Below, in pieces: positions 45,001 to 58,000 of a stretch of DNA of 64,000 bases. The notes beneath the pieces were generated by a model. It saw nothing but the letters and a program-made list of their open reading frames with translations, was not told where the DNA came from and ran no database searches. The DNA is from Catajapyx aquilonaris. Lineage: Eukaryota. The first letter of the stretch is position 1. Every line of letters begins with the position of its first letter. The translations under genes were made by a program, and so were the position numbers. The stretch covers positions 1-64,000 of the forward strand of contig KZ538118.1 in the NCBI GenBank assembly GCA_000934665.2. Reading direction: 5' to 3'.

Positions 45001-48000
45001 ACTGATCACATTATTAACCAACTTGGCTTTGCCTTGCCACTGACATCCTTTTCGCGAGGTAAAGAAAGTGCCCTCAAATTTTATTTATTTGTAGTCGATT
45101 AATTTCTGGCTGCCCATTGGTCAAGGAGGAGGAAGCTCAGATTTCATCTACTTTTGGCTTCAATTCCTGTTTCATTGTTTTATAGGCTGTCCCAGCTATC
45201 ACTTGTGATGATTCCCTCTATTTTCACCCTTTTTTTCTTTTTGAATCTGGCTTACAGCATGAGCTGTCTCCCATTAATTTGAGCTTCCAGTAGTTGGTAT
45301 GTAGCTAATTGTATATCGCCATTTTTTCAGCCTTTCTGATTATGTCAGTCCATAAAAAAGGGCACTATCTTCATAAATACTGCATGTTAGCTTTTTTTCT
45401 GGCTCTAATCTTATGTAAAGAAGCTTTTATGTGTATATCCGAAAAAATGAGACAAATCGGCATCAACTTGAATGGCCAAAGTTTTCCAAGCTGGAATTGC
45501 AAGAGTGGTCCAAACTCTATTGAAACTAGTCACAGTATATCAGCCCGATAATGTGGGTTTGGAGACAGCGGAAATTAAAGGGTCTACAGGATGTTATTTT
45601 GGAAACCTAACAGTTACAGCAACCGTCCCCTCGAACCTCGAAATCTCACGAAGGCGCCCGAAGGTCAAGGATGTCCTCGGTGTGGTGTGTTTGTCTACGC
45701 AGCTGAGCAGATGCTGGCTCGAGGAAGGGTAAGTCTTTTTGTTAAGTAAAAATGGCCATATGCCAAATGTTTTTGCAGAAGTTACATTAGGTCAGGGTGA
45801 GTTTTAAAGCCCAGCAATTAATTGTCATCAAAAACTGGTTCTCTACTTAGGGCTGGCATAAAGGCTGCTTTCGATGTAACACTTGCAACAAGTCATTGGA
45901 TTCCGTGAGCCATTGCGACGGCCCGGATAAGGAAGTTTACTGCAAACGTAAGTCATGCAAATACGGACATTCAGTTGCTTTATGGTCGCTTGCAACGGTG
46001 GAAATATTTATAAGGGTTTTAAGAGGAGCCTTCTAAATGGGGTGAAAAGTGAACTACACGAAAAACATCGTTGGGTTAATGTTGGTTGGAAAGTGGGTAT
46101 TTCGTGGGTAAAGTTTCGGTGTGGGCGATATCAAAATTCAGGGATTAAGCAGTTCGGGGAGGAAGTAAGAGCAGGGTTTTTGCCAAACAAGACGATCATG
46201 ATCGAGGAACGAGGGTAGGAACACTCAAGTGAAAAACCATTGTGCAGTCTGCTGAAAAATTCTAGGAGGTCTTAATACCATCGGGGAAAGGAGAACAAGC
46301 GATACTGTAAAGTACACAGAGTTATAACGATGTAAAAATGAGAGAGAAGCAAACATAAAAGATGGACTGGAACAATTTCTTGAAGTAGCCATGATGTAAT
46401 TCAGAAGGGATCAGTACAATATTTATGTTCTCAGACAATTAATATTCCATGCTGTTTCTGCTGTTGAAGTGAAATCACATCTGCAAGTAATTTTCATAGT
46501 TTATAAAGAAAAATGGAGTGCTCAATTGATTACCTTGCTTAGTGCTGGATATGCTCAACTCACCACATTGAGGAGTCGACTGATTAGGCGATTTCTCTGC
46601 GTGCAGGGACATGCAAATGCACTTTTCATGGATAATAAATTTTGTTAGGGCCTAATAACCCTTATTGCATAGTATGATTTAATGTTAATATAATCACATC
46701 GCCTTATAAGTTAGTGTATAACGAATGTGATTCCGAATTCACTTACGACTCTGCGTTGTTTCCGTCCAAAATTATTCAATCTCCGGAGTTGCGATTTAGT
46801 TATGAAACTTTAGAATGACCGGAATGTCATGAATAAGAACGAGGACCTACAATAGCATGAAGTCTGATTACATTTAACGTGACAACTGGCATTCAAGCGG
46901 CAGAATTTTGACAGTCTCAGTCTGATATTTTGATAAGGTTGATTCATCTGATGGAGAGAACTGTGCGTTCCAACAATGAACTGGAACTCTTTCACATCGC
47001 CGAGTTTCAAGTTTGAAAGCATCACCATAATATTATTTAGATGGCACAATTTGATTACCTTCGCATCCAGCAGTATTACGTTCTCCTTTCAATAAATTAG
47101 GTCATCTCAATTATAGCTGCCCATTATTATTTGCAGCCAGGAAGTTCAAGAGGTATGTACTGTACGTATAATAACGAGGAGAATCGCAAGCATTGCACAC
47201 TCAAGACAAGCTTGACTTCAAAATAATTATATTATTAATATTTCCTTTTTGAACAGCCACTTAATACTGTAGGCCCTATATTGAAATATTAGCCTTAAGT
47301 CTTTAAAAATAATATTCCCAGTACACACATAAGATTTCCACAACGCAGTACATAATAATATTACATTACGTTGAAAATTACATCGAATGTAAATGGATCC
47401 TAAGCCACAGAGCAGGTACAAAAAAATATACACTTATAATAACAAGTTCAGAAAGTTGGGAATTGCAAATACAGAATTTATAATTATACAAATAGAACAC
47501 TTCCACTGCAGTAGGCCTACTTTTAACACAGTTGCATAAGAAGCTTAAATGAGGCAGAAAATGGAGTTGCAATAACTGTAATCTGACATCGAGTTATATA
47601 AGTTTGAAGGCTGCATTATTATTTTGGAGTCTGATTTTAAAATCATAATTCTGTAGGAGACTGTAAATGCTTTATCAAAAAACTTTTTAATAATCAAAAA
47701 ATACGCTTCAAGGGGACTACTATGCGCATTGCCTAAATTAATTTATGCCGAAATGCGTCTCAGGTTTTTCAATTCATGTCTGCACGTGAAAAGCTTTAGG
47801 ACAAAATTAGTAAGAGATTCTTAGCCATATTGCGATTCTAGATTGCAAATGCTCATGTGCTAAAATATTGCATTAATCGTGATCCTGATCTGAAGACGGT
47901 CAGGTTACAACACTTTTCGTGATAATAATTAACAAAACACTTTTTCGAGATATGTCATGTATACGTATCTTATAGTATTTTCAAAAAAGGTTTATTCTGG

Positions 48001-51000
48001 AAATCTGGCGCAGTAAAATAGCGTCGTACTGTAATTAGAAATGTTTTCTGTGTGCAGCTGGAGCCATACAGATTTTTTTTCTCTCAAACGAAGGTGCATG
48101 AAATAAAGTACAGCCATAAAAGAGCCGGAAGGGCATGAAAAGCTGGCATCGCAAGGTGGGGTAAACTAATTCTGAGAGTGCAGATAATTTTTCTCTCTCT
48201 CGGTTTTTGCCACCCTGCAGAAAACACACATTGCTCTGTCTGCTTTTTTTGACACTTGCAACGCTACGTAATGAAGTTGTGCAGTAGTTTATTAAAGTGC
48301 TTGCAGTTATTTTTCTGAACTGACTTCTCTGCAGCTGTGGTCTCCTTCTAAATGATCGAGTTTAAGGCTGATCAAGTGTAATGCTTTCATACTGTTTCAA
48401 TGAAAATTAAAATATTACTGAACGTTTCTAGTACCTTCAGAAAAAATGTGCAATTCATATTCCATTTGCAACAGTCACGCCCAGATTTGTAGCATTCAGA
48501 ATGCAAACATTAGTGAGTCACAGTGAAACATGTTATCCAGAATAAACACTGTCCTTTGTAACGCAACAAAACCTTTCTCCAGAGGATGCCTGTTATGCAA
48601 TGACATTATACAGTTACACCACAACTTTCATTTTACTTTCTGATTACAGTTTCCAACCCACTACCAATTTTCTACTATACGCAACAAAGGTGTTTTTAAT
48701 TAACACGACCCACTCACCACAACTGATATTCGAAAAGGCATATGACGAGCCACAGAACGTTGTTACATTTTTTTCTGTCCTATTTATACGACTGATATAC
48801 TGCGCTTCTGGGTTAATTAGAGAGTTCTGCAGTCTACATGCACACAACTGTTCGTATTCAGTAGGGATTCTTGCTTCGAAAATAATGTACCCCATAGCAA
48901 TCCGTAGTGCAGCGCTGTAACTTGAAGTTATTAATTAGTGAAACTTATTGTAACAGGCACATGTCGTGCTGCCTACTCAACCTGAGGGATTTAAATCAAA
49001 CTTTGATATCACCTACAGTATATTTCCACGGTCATTTTTCAATTATAAATACACTAAACTACTAAAGCATGCACCAGTCTACAGCAGGTTCTCACAGTCA
49101 GGTAAATAACTTATGCTTTGTTAGCATCCAACTGGATGAAATTCTACGTAAATTAACAGCTGAAACTATTCTTAAGTACCAAGTCTGACTATTTGATTAA
49201 CCACAATTTACAGTTTGATCTAAAACAGTCCTATCTCTTATGCATTAATTTCGCAGATTTGTGGACAGAAAGGGTGTAGAAAAAGGCGATAAAAACGAGA
49301 ATCGAGATAACTCCTGGCAAGTAAATCTTCAATCCCTCAGTTGGGTGTGCAAAGGAGCTCCAAGGGTGTAATAATCGGAAGGAGATGATCATCGCCTGGA
49401 GAGCAAGCTATGGCCCTCTAGGGCATCTTCTTCCATACGCCCCTCTCGTCTGCTCCAGTTCAACGCTTTATGAAATCCGGAGGATGAAAAAATTGGGTAA
49501 AAAAATAGGAACCTCTCTCAGATCCAGATTCGGCTGAATTACAGCATAGAGCAAATTGGAATTTCCGCTCCAGTCATTTGTAACCCAGGGAATCCGGGGG
49601 GTCAAGGTCTGTCAGAAAAACTCCACAGGATAAAAAGGCATCAGAAATATTAATCTCCAGTGGCATTCGAGTTATTGGACAGCTTATTCTGTGCTATCGG
49701 CAGGTTTAGGAGAATATGATAAAACGATTCATTTCCACCGTTGCATCAGCCAGTTTCATGGGACGCATTTATCCTCACAAGTAGTTGTCTACATTCATAC
49801 CCGATGTTTAAATCAGATGTCAAAGGTCGTCATCAGATTTAAACAGCTAGTATAAAATTAGACAATTTTTTAATGTTTTTGTTCACGAATGAATTACGAG
49901 TGTTTGACTCTTGTAGTAAAGTGACTCAATTGTATTAATTTTTCGTGCTTAATTTTTTTAATTGCTCATTTTTTCTCCACGCTACTAATGAGGCATTTTG
50001 TAATAATTTTCCCATTGGTATGTCTTATGAAACGTGCCATCTGGTCAAACATTATTTCAGTGTGCTATGGCAAGAAGTTTGGCCCCAGAGGTTACGGATA
50101 CGGCCAAGGTGCAGGCGCACTGCAGTGCGACCAAGAAATAGTCAATGGGTAAGCCATTCCTTTTATTCTGCCTTTGTCGGCACATTTCTATAAATAAGCC
50201 GCATCTAAAATCGATACTTAATTTACCGTTACAAGTTGAAGCCTCAATGAATCCGCCATAAATAGTCCACGGCTGCAGTAAAGCTTCTCGACTCATCAGC
50301 GGAGAAAGTAAAATCTTTTTGCTAAAGATCACTTGAGACATTAAAAATAACCACAGACCAGACCATTTAATTAAGGCCAATGACGTCATTGAACAACGTG
50401 GGCATGTAAAGCCGCATGTAGTTAATTAAAAGACATCCTAAGAACAATGGATAAACTGTCCCTCATGCCTTTGTGAATCTCCACACTATGCTCTACTCTT
50501 AAACTTCCGGATTATAGTTGTAGACAAAATGAAAAGTTTTAGGACGCGAATACTTTCGGAGAATTTTCTTTCCATAATGTAAATGCCGTTTGAAGTCATG
50601 CTCTCAGCTAAAATACGTTATTAATTTTTTATTAATTATTTTGCCTACAGTACATTCCTTACAGAATCATGCTATATAGGTAGGCCTACTGATGAATTAT
50701 TAGCCTACTATTAAAAGTGAGTGATTATAATTGGCTGCTTTATGTATTACGCTTTATGAATTCTACTGCGCAATTTTCCGGCGAATTAATTACGACCCGT
50801 GTTTCCCATCCGCATTAAATTTCATAAGGTAAAGAGAGAATTGGCCTCATCTCCAAAAATAGCAGCCACAAAAAAAATACTTGGACTGATTTATGTCGGT
50901 AAATGTCATTGGACTTTAATTCATTTCTTAAAACCGCTTTTTCAGCTTCCCAAATGCTTAATGGGTGGCTTTTGTGCTCTAAAAGACTAGATGCTGCTTT

Positions 51001-54000
51001 CAATTTGCATTTTTAATTAACGACCACTACTTGGATCTTGTTTTAATTTCTATTCACAGAGTAAGCGTCGAGGCCCAACAAAGGTACCGATTTAATCCCA
51101 GCATTTTTATATTCATGTCCACAAACTTTTTTTCTCTGTCCTCTCAAAAATTTTCACTTTTCTTCTATAGTACAACAATGCATGGTCTCCCCCCAAAAAA
51201 CTTCCCCCGTATCTCATGTGTGATAGTCCCCTCCAGTTGGTGGTTTTCCCAGAGTGTAAAAGTCTTCCGCCTTCGGTTGCAACTTCTGGCATCTCCTCAC
51301 CTCCTTCGAGAGCTCTTGAAAACAGCTACAAAGATTATAGGTCGACTCAGGCAACACGCACTGGTGCATACAAATGGGACTCCTGAGGGTTATTTATTTT
51401 GTCTGAAGTTCTTTTAGACACGTTTGAATTTCCAGATGGTAACGGGATTTTTTTAATGCAAAAAATATTTTTTTGGAGAGTTACTTTTCTTGGGTGTTGT
51501 CACATGTGTCCTACTTACACGTCATATTAAGTCTGAGTCGTGCCCAAGAAATGGGGCGTGGGGTGGGCGTTAGGGTCAAAAATAGACTCGGAAAAAGATC
51601 GGGTTGCTTCACACGTCCCAAGGCTAAGTTTAAACGTAACTATTTATGTCTTACGTAACCGCAGACAGAAAATGTCTAAAATTTTAGTCTCGAAGGAGGT
51701 CCTCACATATCATGTGCTGTATTTTTCAATTTTTTAAAAAAAAGTTTCAGTTTTTGTTCGTGTCTTCAAGTATATTTTTGTGTAGTGTATCTCTTTGAGC
51801 ATGAAACTTTCACAGTAGACAAGTTGTGTATGAAATACACCATGTGCATGCAAATAAGCAATACTTGCAAATTCTCATACTCGTAGTTTCTGGTACAGCA
51901 TGACAAGTCTATCTGGTGCTAGATTTTCCGTTTTAAAAATATCATTTCGCCTTATAAACATTTGTGCTTGTCAGGTTCTCGCGAAATGCAGAATTTGTGA
52001 ACTATGCAAAAATCATAATTAATAGCAATCTGAATTAAAGTGAATTAATTGGCATTTTGACAACCCGTTCGGTTAACCCAATTTCCAACTTCCGTTACGA
52101 TGAACAAAATTCAGCGGGTCGTCTTATCACGTAAAATAAATAAATGACGCCATACTTTAAAATTAACAAGTCGTACCTGCATTCTGCACTGTAGTCAACA
52201 CGTGGCAATTACAGTACTTAGCACAGATTCTTTCAACATGATGCTCTGTAATGATCACTTCAAAGGTAACTGCCCAATTGCACCAATATCAAACGCGATC
52301 TTTTGATGACCAGTGTTGGCCTATTTTCCAAAGCAGAGTTTATAATCACATAAAACGAATAAAAGTTGCACCTACAGGATTCCACTTTGCAATCCTGACA
52401 TTAAAGTGCTTATCAGACACCTCTCAGTACATCTCTATAATTTCCTTTCAAAGATTTATCTTATTACGTACAGTTTCTTTCCAATTTTGAATCCTCCACA
52501 CTGTAAATCCCTCCCGGGAAATGACAACAACATGTGCTGACTTCATATTAAAATTTTTCCAGCGAAGTGTACTTGCCCAACAAGCCCCATCTGATCACGG
52601 ACACGTCAATTATCAAGGCAGCCGAGGGAGAGGGCTGCCCACGGTGCGGAGGTCTGGTTTATGCAGCCGAGCAGAAGCTCTCCAGAGGAAGGGTTAGTAT
52701 AGGCTATCATCTGAAGGGCTGGAAGGGTTATCTATTTCTGATTGGACACTGCAGATACGCCTCTTTTGCTAAACAAAGCAAATGTAATTAATATATCGAA
52801 AATCGATATTTCATAGATAACAAAAATTGATATATTTCACCAAATATCGATAACTGGCATATTTCACAAAATATCGCAATAAAATATTATTTGTACGTTT
52901 CAAATATTTTAACTGCAATCTTTAAAATATATTATCAATTCCGCTTTTCTTGGAGGGTTGAAAAACTCAACTACAATTATAATAATAATCAGCAAAATGT
53001 AGGCCCATTCATGGCAGAATAATTCCTGCTCCTCTGCCTCGTCTGAATTGTTGCATGAAGGCCAAGGCTTTTCCTGCTCCCTTGTATAACAATGAGCGAG
53101 TGATTTCTCTGTTCCAATCACTAGGAGTGGCACAAGAAGTGCTTCAACTGCAAAGACTGCCACAAACCTCTGGATTCGGTCCTGGCATGCGATGGTGCAG
53201 ATAAGGACGTCTACTGCAAGACTTGCTACGCAAGGAAGTGGGGACCCAAGGGATATGGATTTGCATGTGGCTCCGGATTTTTGCAGACTGACGTCGGACC
53301 GTAAGTGAATTCCTTTCCTTTTTGCGAAGAGAAATTCCGCGCAAATCAGGCGTGAAACGGTTTTTGACGCGGAGAAAAGCTGGCAGCATTTTTAGCCAAA
53401 ATTGTGCGACTACTGGAAAAGGAAATAAATTATTAAACTGAATTCTGAATTCAGCTCTTCTCCTACGAATTTTTCTCTAAGTATGCTTGTTAGAATTTGT
53501 ATTAAAATTTGCAGTTTCTTAACCATGGCAGAAAAGTGGGGGCCTCGATTCCGCCTTTTAAGTTTCTCCTGGGACATGCAGCTGTGTAGGCCTACTCTTA
53601 TTACTCTTGAAGCTGGAACAGTGCAAATTTCATTACTAGGCATGAACTTACATCCGCGGGAGGGTAATTTCCGCAGGAGCCTGGTTTTAATGCGACAGGC
53701 ATGTACTAGCGCTCTGGGAGAAACTTCACCAAACGTTTTGTCTGCTTGAAGGCTGAAGCATCAAATTTAGGGTAATGAACATCAGGTTACATCAAATATT
53801 AAAATTAGTGTGTTCGTCGCAGTGCACGTTCATTAATGGCAAGTCACAATAACCCAATTTGCTGCCAAGTTCAAGTGAGGCACTGTCGAAGATTGAAGTA
53901 CTACAACTTGAACATGATTCATATGCACGCAAATTCCAGTCCCTTCGAACGACTAATCAATTTTTCGATTTTCATTAGCCCGTACATAGCAAAGGTACTG

Positions 54001-55072
54001 TATACCAATGCAACCCAGACTTATGGTCTATTATTCATATTCATGAACCAGATATCGGTTATGCCCAAACAATGATGAAAGGATCTCCGATATTTCCTTC
54101 CTATCCGGTTAATTAATGATTCCTATCGTTTTTTCATTGTTGTTTCCAGTGACGATGACGCACTGACGATGCTGGTCCGTCCCCGCCTGATAATCGACAC
54201 CACTGCAATCATGGCTTCTCCAGGCCAAGGATGTCCCCGATGCGGAGGAATGGTCTACGCCGCAGAACAACAACTGGCCAAGGGCACGGTCAGTCCTCAT
54301 TACCATTTCAAATATGTCCTCCAACAATTCCCTCACATTCTCTCTCTTCCCTGGAAACAGATGTGGCACAAGAAATGTTTCAGTTGCAACGCTTGCCGCC
54401 GTCCATTGGATTCAGTACTGGCCTGTGATGCCCCAGATCGTGAGATATATTGCAAGTCTTGCTACGGAAAGAAGTTTGGACCTAAGGGCTTTGGATTTGG
54501 AAGCACTCCGACTCTCAAGACGCTGGACCCAGAGGACCTGCATGCTCCTCTGTAAGCCGGTTTTAATATAAGTAATTGGGTGCTGATATGGGCTGACAAC
54601 AAGTAGGCGGGGGAAATCATTTCTTATAAACAAGTAGATCTAGTATACTATTGAATTCGTTTTGTCTGTCAACATAGGACCGGCGATCGACCGGGATCTG
54701 GTCAAAAGGCTCCCGAAGGCCAAGGTTGCCCTCGCTGTGGATTCCAAGTATTTGCAGCCGAACAGATGAACTCAAGAGGAAGGGTATGTATTACATAACT
54801 GCGTTAAAGCGTTTCAGTTATTTGCTTAAAAAATAACAGTTCTCAAGAACTGGTTGTTGACATTTCTGTGGGGGAAATGACGTCAATATATTTCTCGTCA
54901 GATGTGGCATCGTCGCTGCTTCAGTTGCAACGATTGTCACCGCTCTTTGGATTCGACCAATCTGAACGACGCTCCTGACCGTGAGATCTACTGCAAAGGC
55001 TGCTATGGCAGGAAGTTTGCCCCTCATGGCGTCGGCTTTGGCATGGGCGCTGGTGCCCTCAGCATGGGATAA
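42089..55072 (+). CDS. Mlp: Muscle LIM protein (CRP/MLP family), long isoform with five LIM + glycine-rich modules, ~500 aa (Mlp84B/Mlp60A-like)
   Basis: Exons 42089-42203, 42307-42481, 45614-45728, 45851-45947, 50061-50148, 52563-52692, 53125-53300, 54150-54288, 54361-54551, 54678-54783, 54902-55072. All are GT-AG and phase-compatible; the total is 1503 nt. It starts [38 protein letters not shown] and has five CP(K/R)CG..V(Y/F)AAE...WH..CF.C..C...LDS units, each followed by a Gly-rich GP(K/R)G(Y/F)G-type motif. An acceptor at 42070 implies an upstream non-coding exon. Confidence 0.93.
42576..42765 (+). repeat. Degenerate ~15-bp minisatellite in an Mlp intron
   Basis: About 12 units of the form cttaagataaagcg(t/c). 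Confidence 0.75.
43576..43582 (+). CDS. Mlp: Candidate alternative terminal exon of Mlp giving a single-LIM isoform (~98 aa, ending GEAPSQ*)
   Basis: A strong polypyrimidine acceptor ttttttccattttcttccccaacag is followed by c-caa-tag, which is in phase with the exon ending at 42481. Downstream AATAAA signals at ~43698 and ~44409-44421. Confidence 0.6.
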
Positions 55073-58000
55073 AAAATATATAAGAAACGATATAAAAAAA
55101 CACCAGCATCCCACTCGCGAATACCCCTATCCTTTATAACAGTCTTTTGTTCCCTAATAACACTTGTGGGAAGGCCTCGTTTGGGAGGACAGAGGCCTTC
55201 CTATATGTACACCCCCTTCACAGCACTCTGGTTGTTTCTCTTGGCGGTAAAAACGACGGTTCGACTGTGATGAGACATGACAATATTTTAATGAACGGAA
55301 ATCACTCCGATTCGATCCGATCAGTAAATCGGATCGGATCGGAGTGACATCAAACCTGTGTTCACAATATGCAAATCGCCTGGCAAACTCGATGGTGCAG
55401 GGTCCATTTACCAATGGTTTCTCTGATTCGCAGGCAAAATAATTAAGACGAGGCTTTTGTGTTTTATGGGCTTAGAGTTTGTGATACGATTTGGATGAGG
55501 GTCCAGACTGAATGAGTCCCATCAGTGTCGAACCTGATTTTAAACAATGAATTTTCTTTAACTTGTGTTGCGTCATCCAGGTTGAATATAGGCAAGGGTT
55601 TGAAAATTTTTGTGGTTACGAATTGAACTAATATTTTACGTTTGTATAATAAGCAGGCCGTTGTCAAATTCGGACTAGAATCTATTGTTGCTTTTTTGAG
55701 GAACTGTTTGGTCTGGCTTTTCTCTTATAGTTTGTTTTCTGTGTATTTAAAAAAGCTGGCTAATGTTCCTCGGGGAATTGAAGGCGAATCCGTGCTTTGT
55801 AGTTTGCTGTTAATTATTTTTTTGGTTAATTCTGTACTAGCTCCAGCTCCGCAAACTAACTCGAGTGGAAAGGAATAACACTTATCGGAAGACATGCAGT
55901 ACATATTTCAAGTCATTTCCCTCCGACTAATACACTTTGCAATCCGACGTACGGATGTGAAATGCTCGCATAACTTCAAATCCACCCAGCAAGCTTTAAT
56001 TATTATTTTTTACGAAGACTGAAATTCGCTAAAGAGTTTTCGCACTTGTTTTTATTTAAAAGGGGAATAAAACTCTGCGAATTTTACTGCCATGTATTCC
56101 AGGGAACCAAACCGATCCTTGTCTATGAACGAGAACATAGAAGAGACCGAAGCCATTCAGGTCATGATGGTCACATTGTTGTGTTACATGTCTATAATAG
56201 AGAAACCTCTTCCTTTCACTCAACAAAAAAAAGCGTTTACGCTCGAAGGAGAAACAAAATGTTTCATCGATCGTCTGTGGCTTGTTACTGACTAAAGGTA
56301 GGCAAATATTTTTTTTCTGGGTCGTTACTATTATTTTTTATTGCGAGGTACTGCCTTTATCAGATCGAAACTGCCACTATTTCGAATGGTTTTATTCTTT
56401 GATGGGTATAATACTATACGTGTGATTAGTTCCATAACAAATCCGCAATCTTTCAAACACGATGCTATAAAAGCACACGTGCTGCATGTGCATCATTGCT
56501 GCTTAATGCTATGAGTATCGATTAGATTGTAATTGTCACAATTTGAATAAAGACTTCTGAAAAATTTCATCCACATCGTTTATTCTGTTTCTTCCTTTAT
56601 TTTTGCATGATTTTGTCAGATTATTATTTTAGGGTTCAATGTTCTTTTTCCTTCTTACAATAATTTAGCAGAGTGTCAGTCCAAAGTGTGGCAAACCAAT
56701 GGTGGAAACTAATTAAAAAATAACAGAGTGATGTACACCGACCGGGTGCAGGTGTGGTTATTCTCATCAACGCTCCATCCCAAATGATGCCACGCCTTTT
56801 TGCAAATTCAAAGTGCACGGTCAAACTGTGGCGATTTTGCTCTCTAATGATTACGCCAAACGTGCAGTGAATTTTTCACTTCCAACCAGAAACTGTGCTA
56901 GAAAACTAAAAATAGGAACGTTATTGGTTTTGTCGCTATTTAATTCACTCTTATCACTTTGAGAGTTGTTAAATATAACATTACATGTGATGTGTAGAAT
57001 GTCATCGTTTCAGCTAGCAACTGAAACCGAGTAAACCCGCGCCAACACGAAGAGAACCAGAGTATGCCCTACATGAGAAAATCCATCGCCAGAACCTGGG
57101 ATTTTAATTCAGGTCGTGATTAGATATTGTCAATTACAAAACCACGTATAGTTCTGCAGGGCACTCATAAAATGTGCACTGTCCACCTACGCAGACCTAC
57201 GCAGTGCTGTATTACCTTCTGTGTGAATAGTGGATCAGACTTGTTTTAATTTTTAATTGGCGTTAGCGAGAAGGTGAAACAATGGCAATGAGGTCCGAGG
57301 AATAATGTATATTTTCAGGGATATTCTACCTACGAATGCGGTAAAATTAGACACTTCACACCCCGAGTGCGGCACTGTAATTAAAAGCCATCGAAGGAAA
57401 ATTCAGTAGAGGTCACCCAAAGTTATTTTCTAACCACGACCAACCCCAAGGATAAAGGTCGTGCCCCAGCGATCCCTTCCAATGAAGCCAATGTAACGCA
57501 TACTGCGTACATAGCATCCTGTGCCTGACAGTAATAAGTTGCAACGTTACTGTATAAAGGACACAGGCTGACAGGTTTCAAATTGTACTTGCATGAACCC
57601 CGCAGAATATTATATAAAGCTTTTGTTTTCCTATAATGAATTCAGAATTGTTTTCACAACCACTTTTAATTAGTGGGCTCTAACGACGCGGTTTCTCTTA
57701 GAGCTTAGAATATTAAGACGCTGAAACATCGAATCCTGCTTGCTGAATAAATGAGAGGCAATTTTAACGATATGCTTCGCGCCAAACTTTTCTTGCGACG
57801 CAATCAAGACTACCGAAAAAGAAGTCATATCCTACTGTCAGAATATATTCTCGTATTAATGTCAGTCCCGGATACGTTTCATCGCCTGCAGCAGATATAT
57901 TCCCACAAAGTTACTCCAAGTTGGCCGGTTAACAGGTGGAAATTCTCGTAGGGCGGGAATGTAATGGAAGCAAGCTGCCAGCAGGATTTTAAATGCCAAC

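Noticed and set aside
49730..49840. CTGATGA motif suggesting a hammerhead ribozyme (also at ~24154 and ~34932)
   Set aside because: No correctly placed stem II plus GAAA core could be built.
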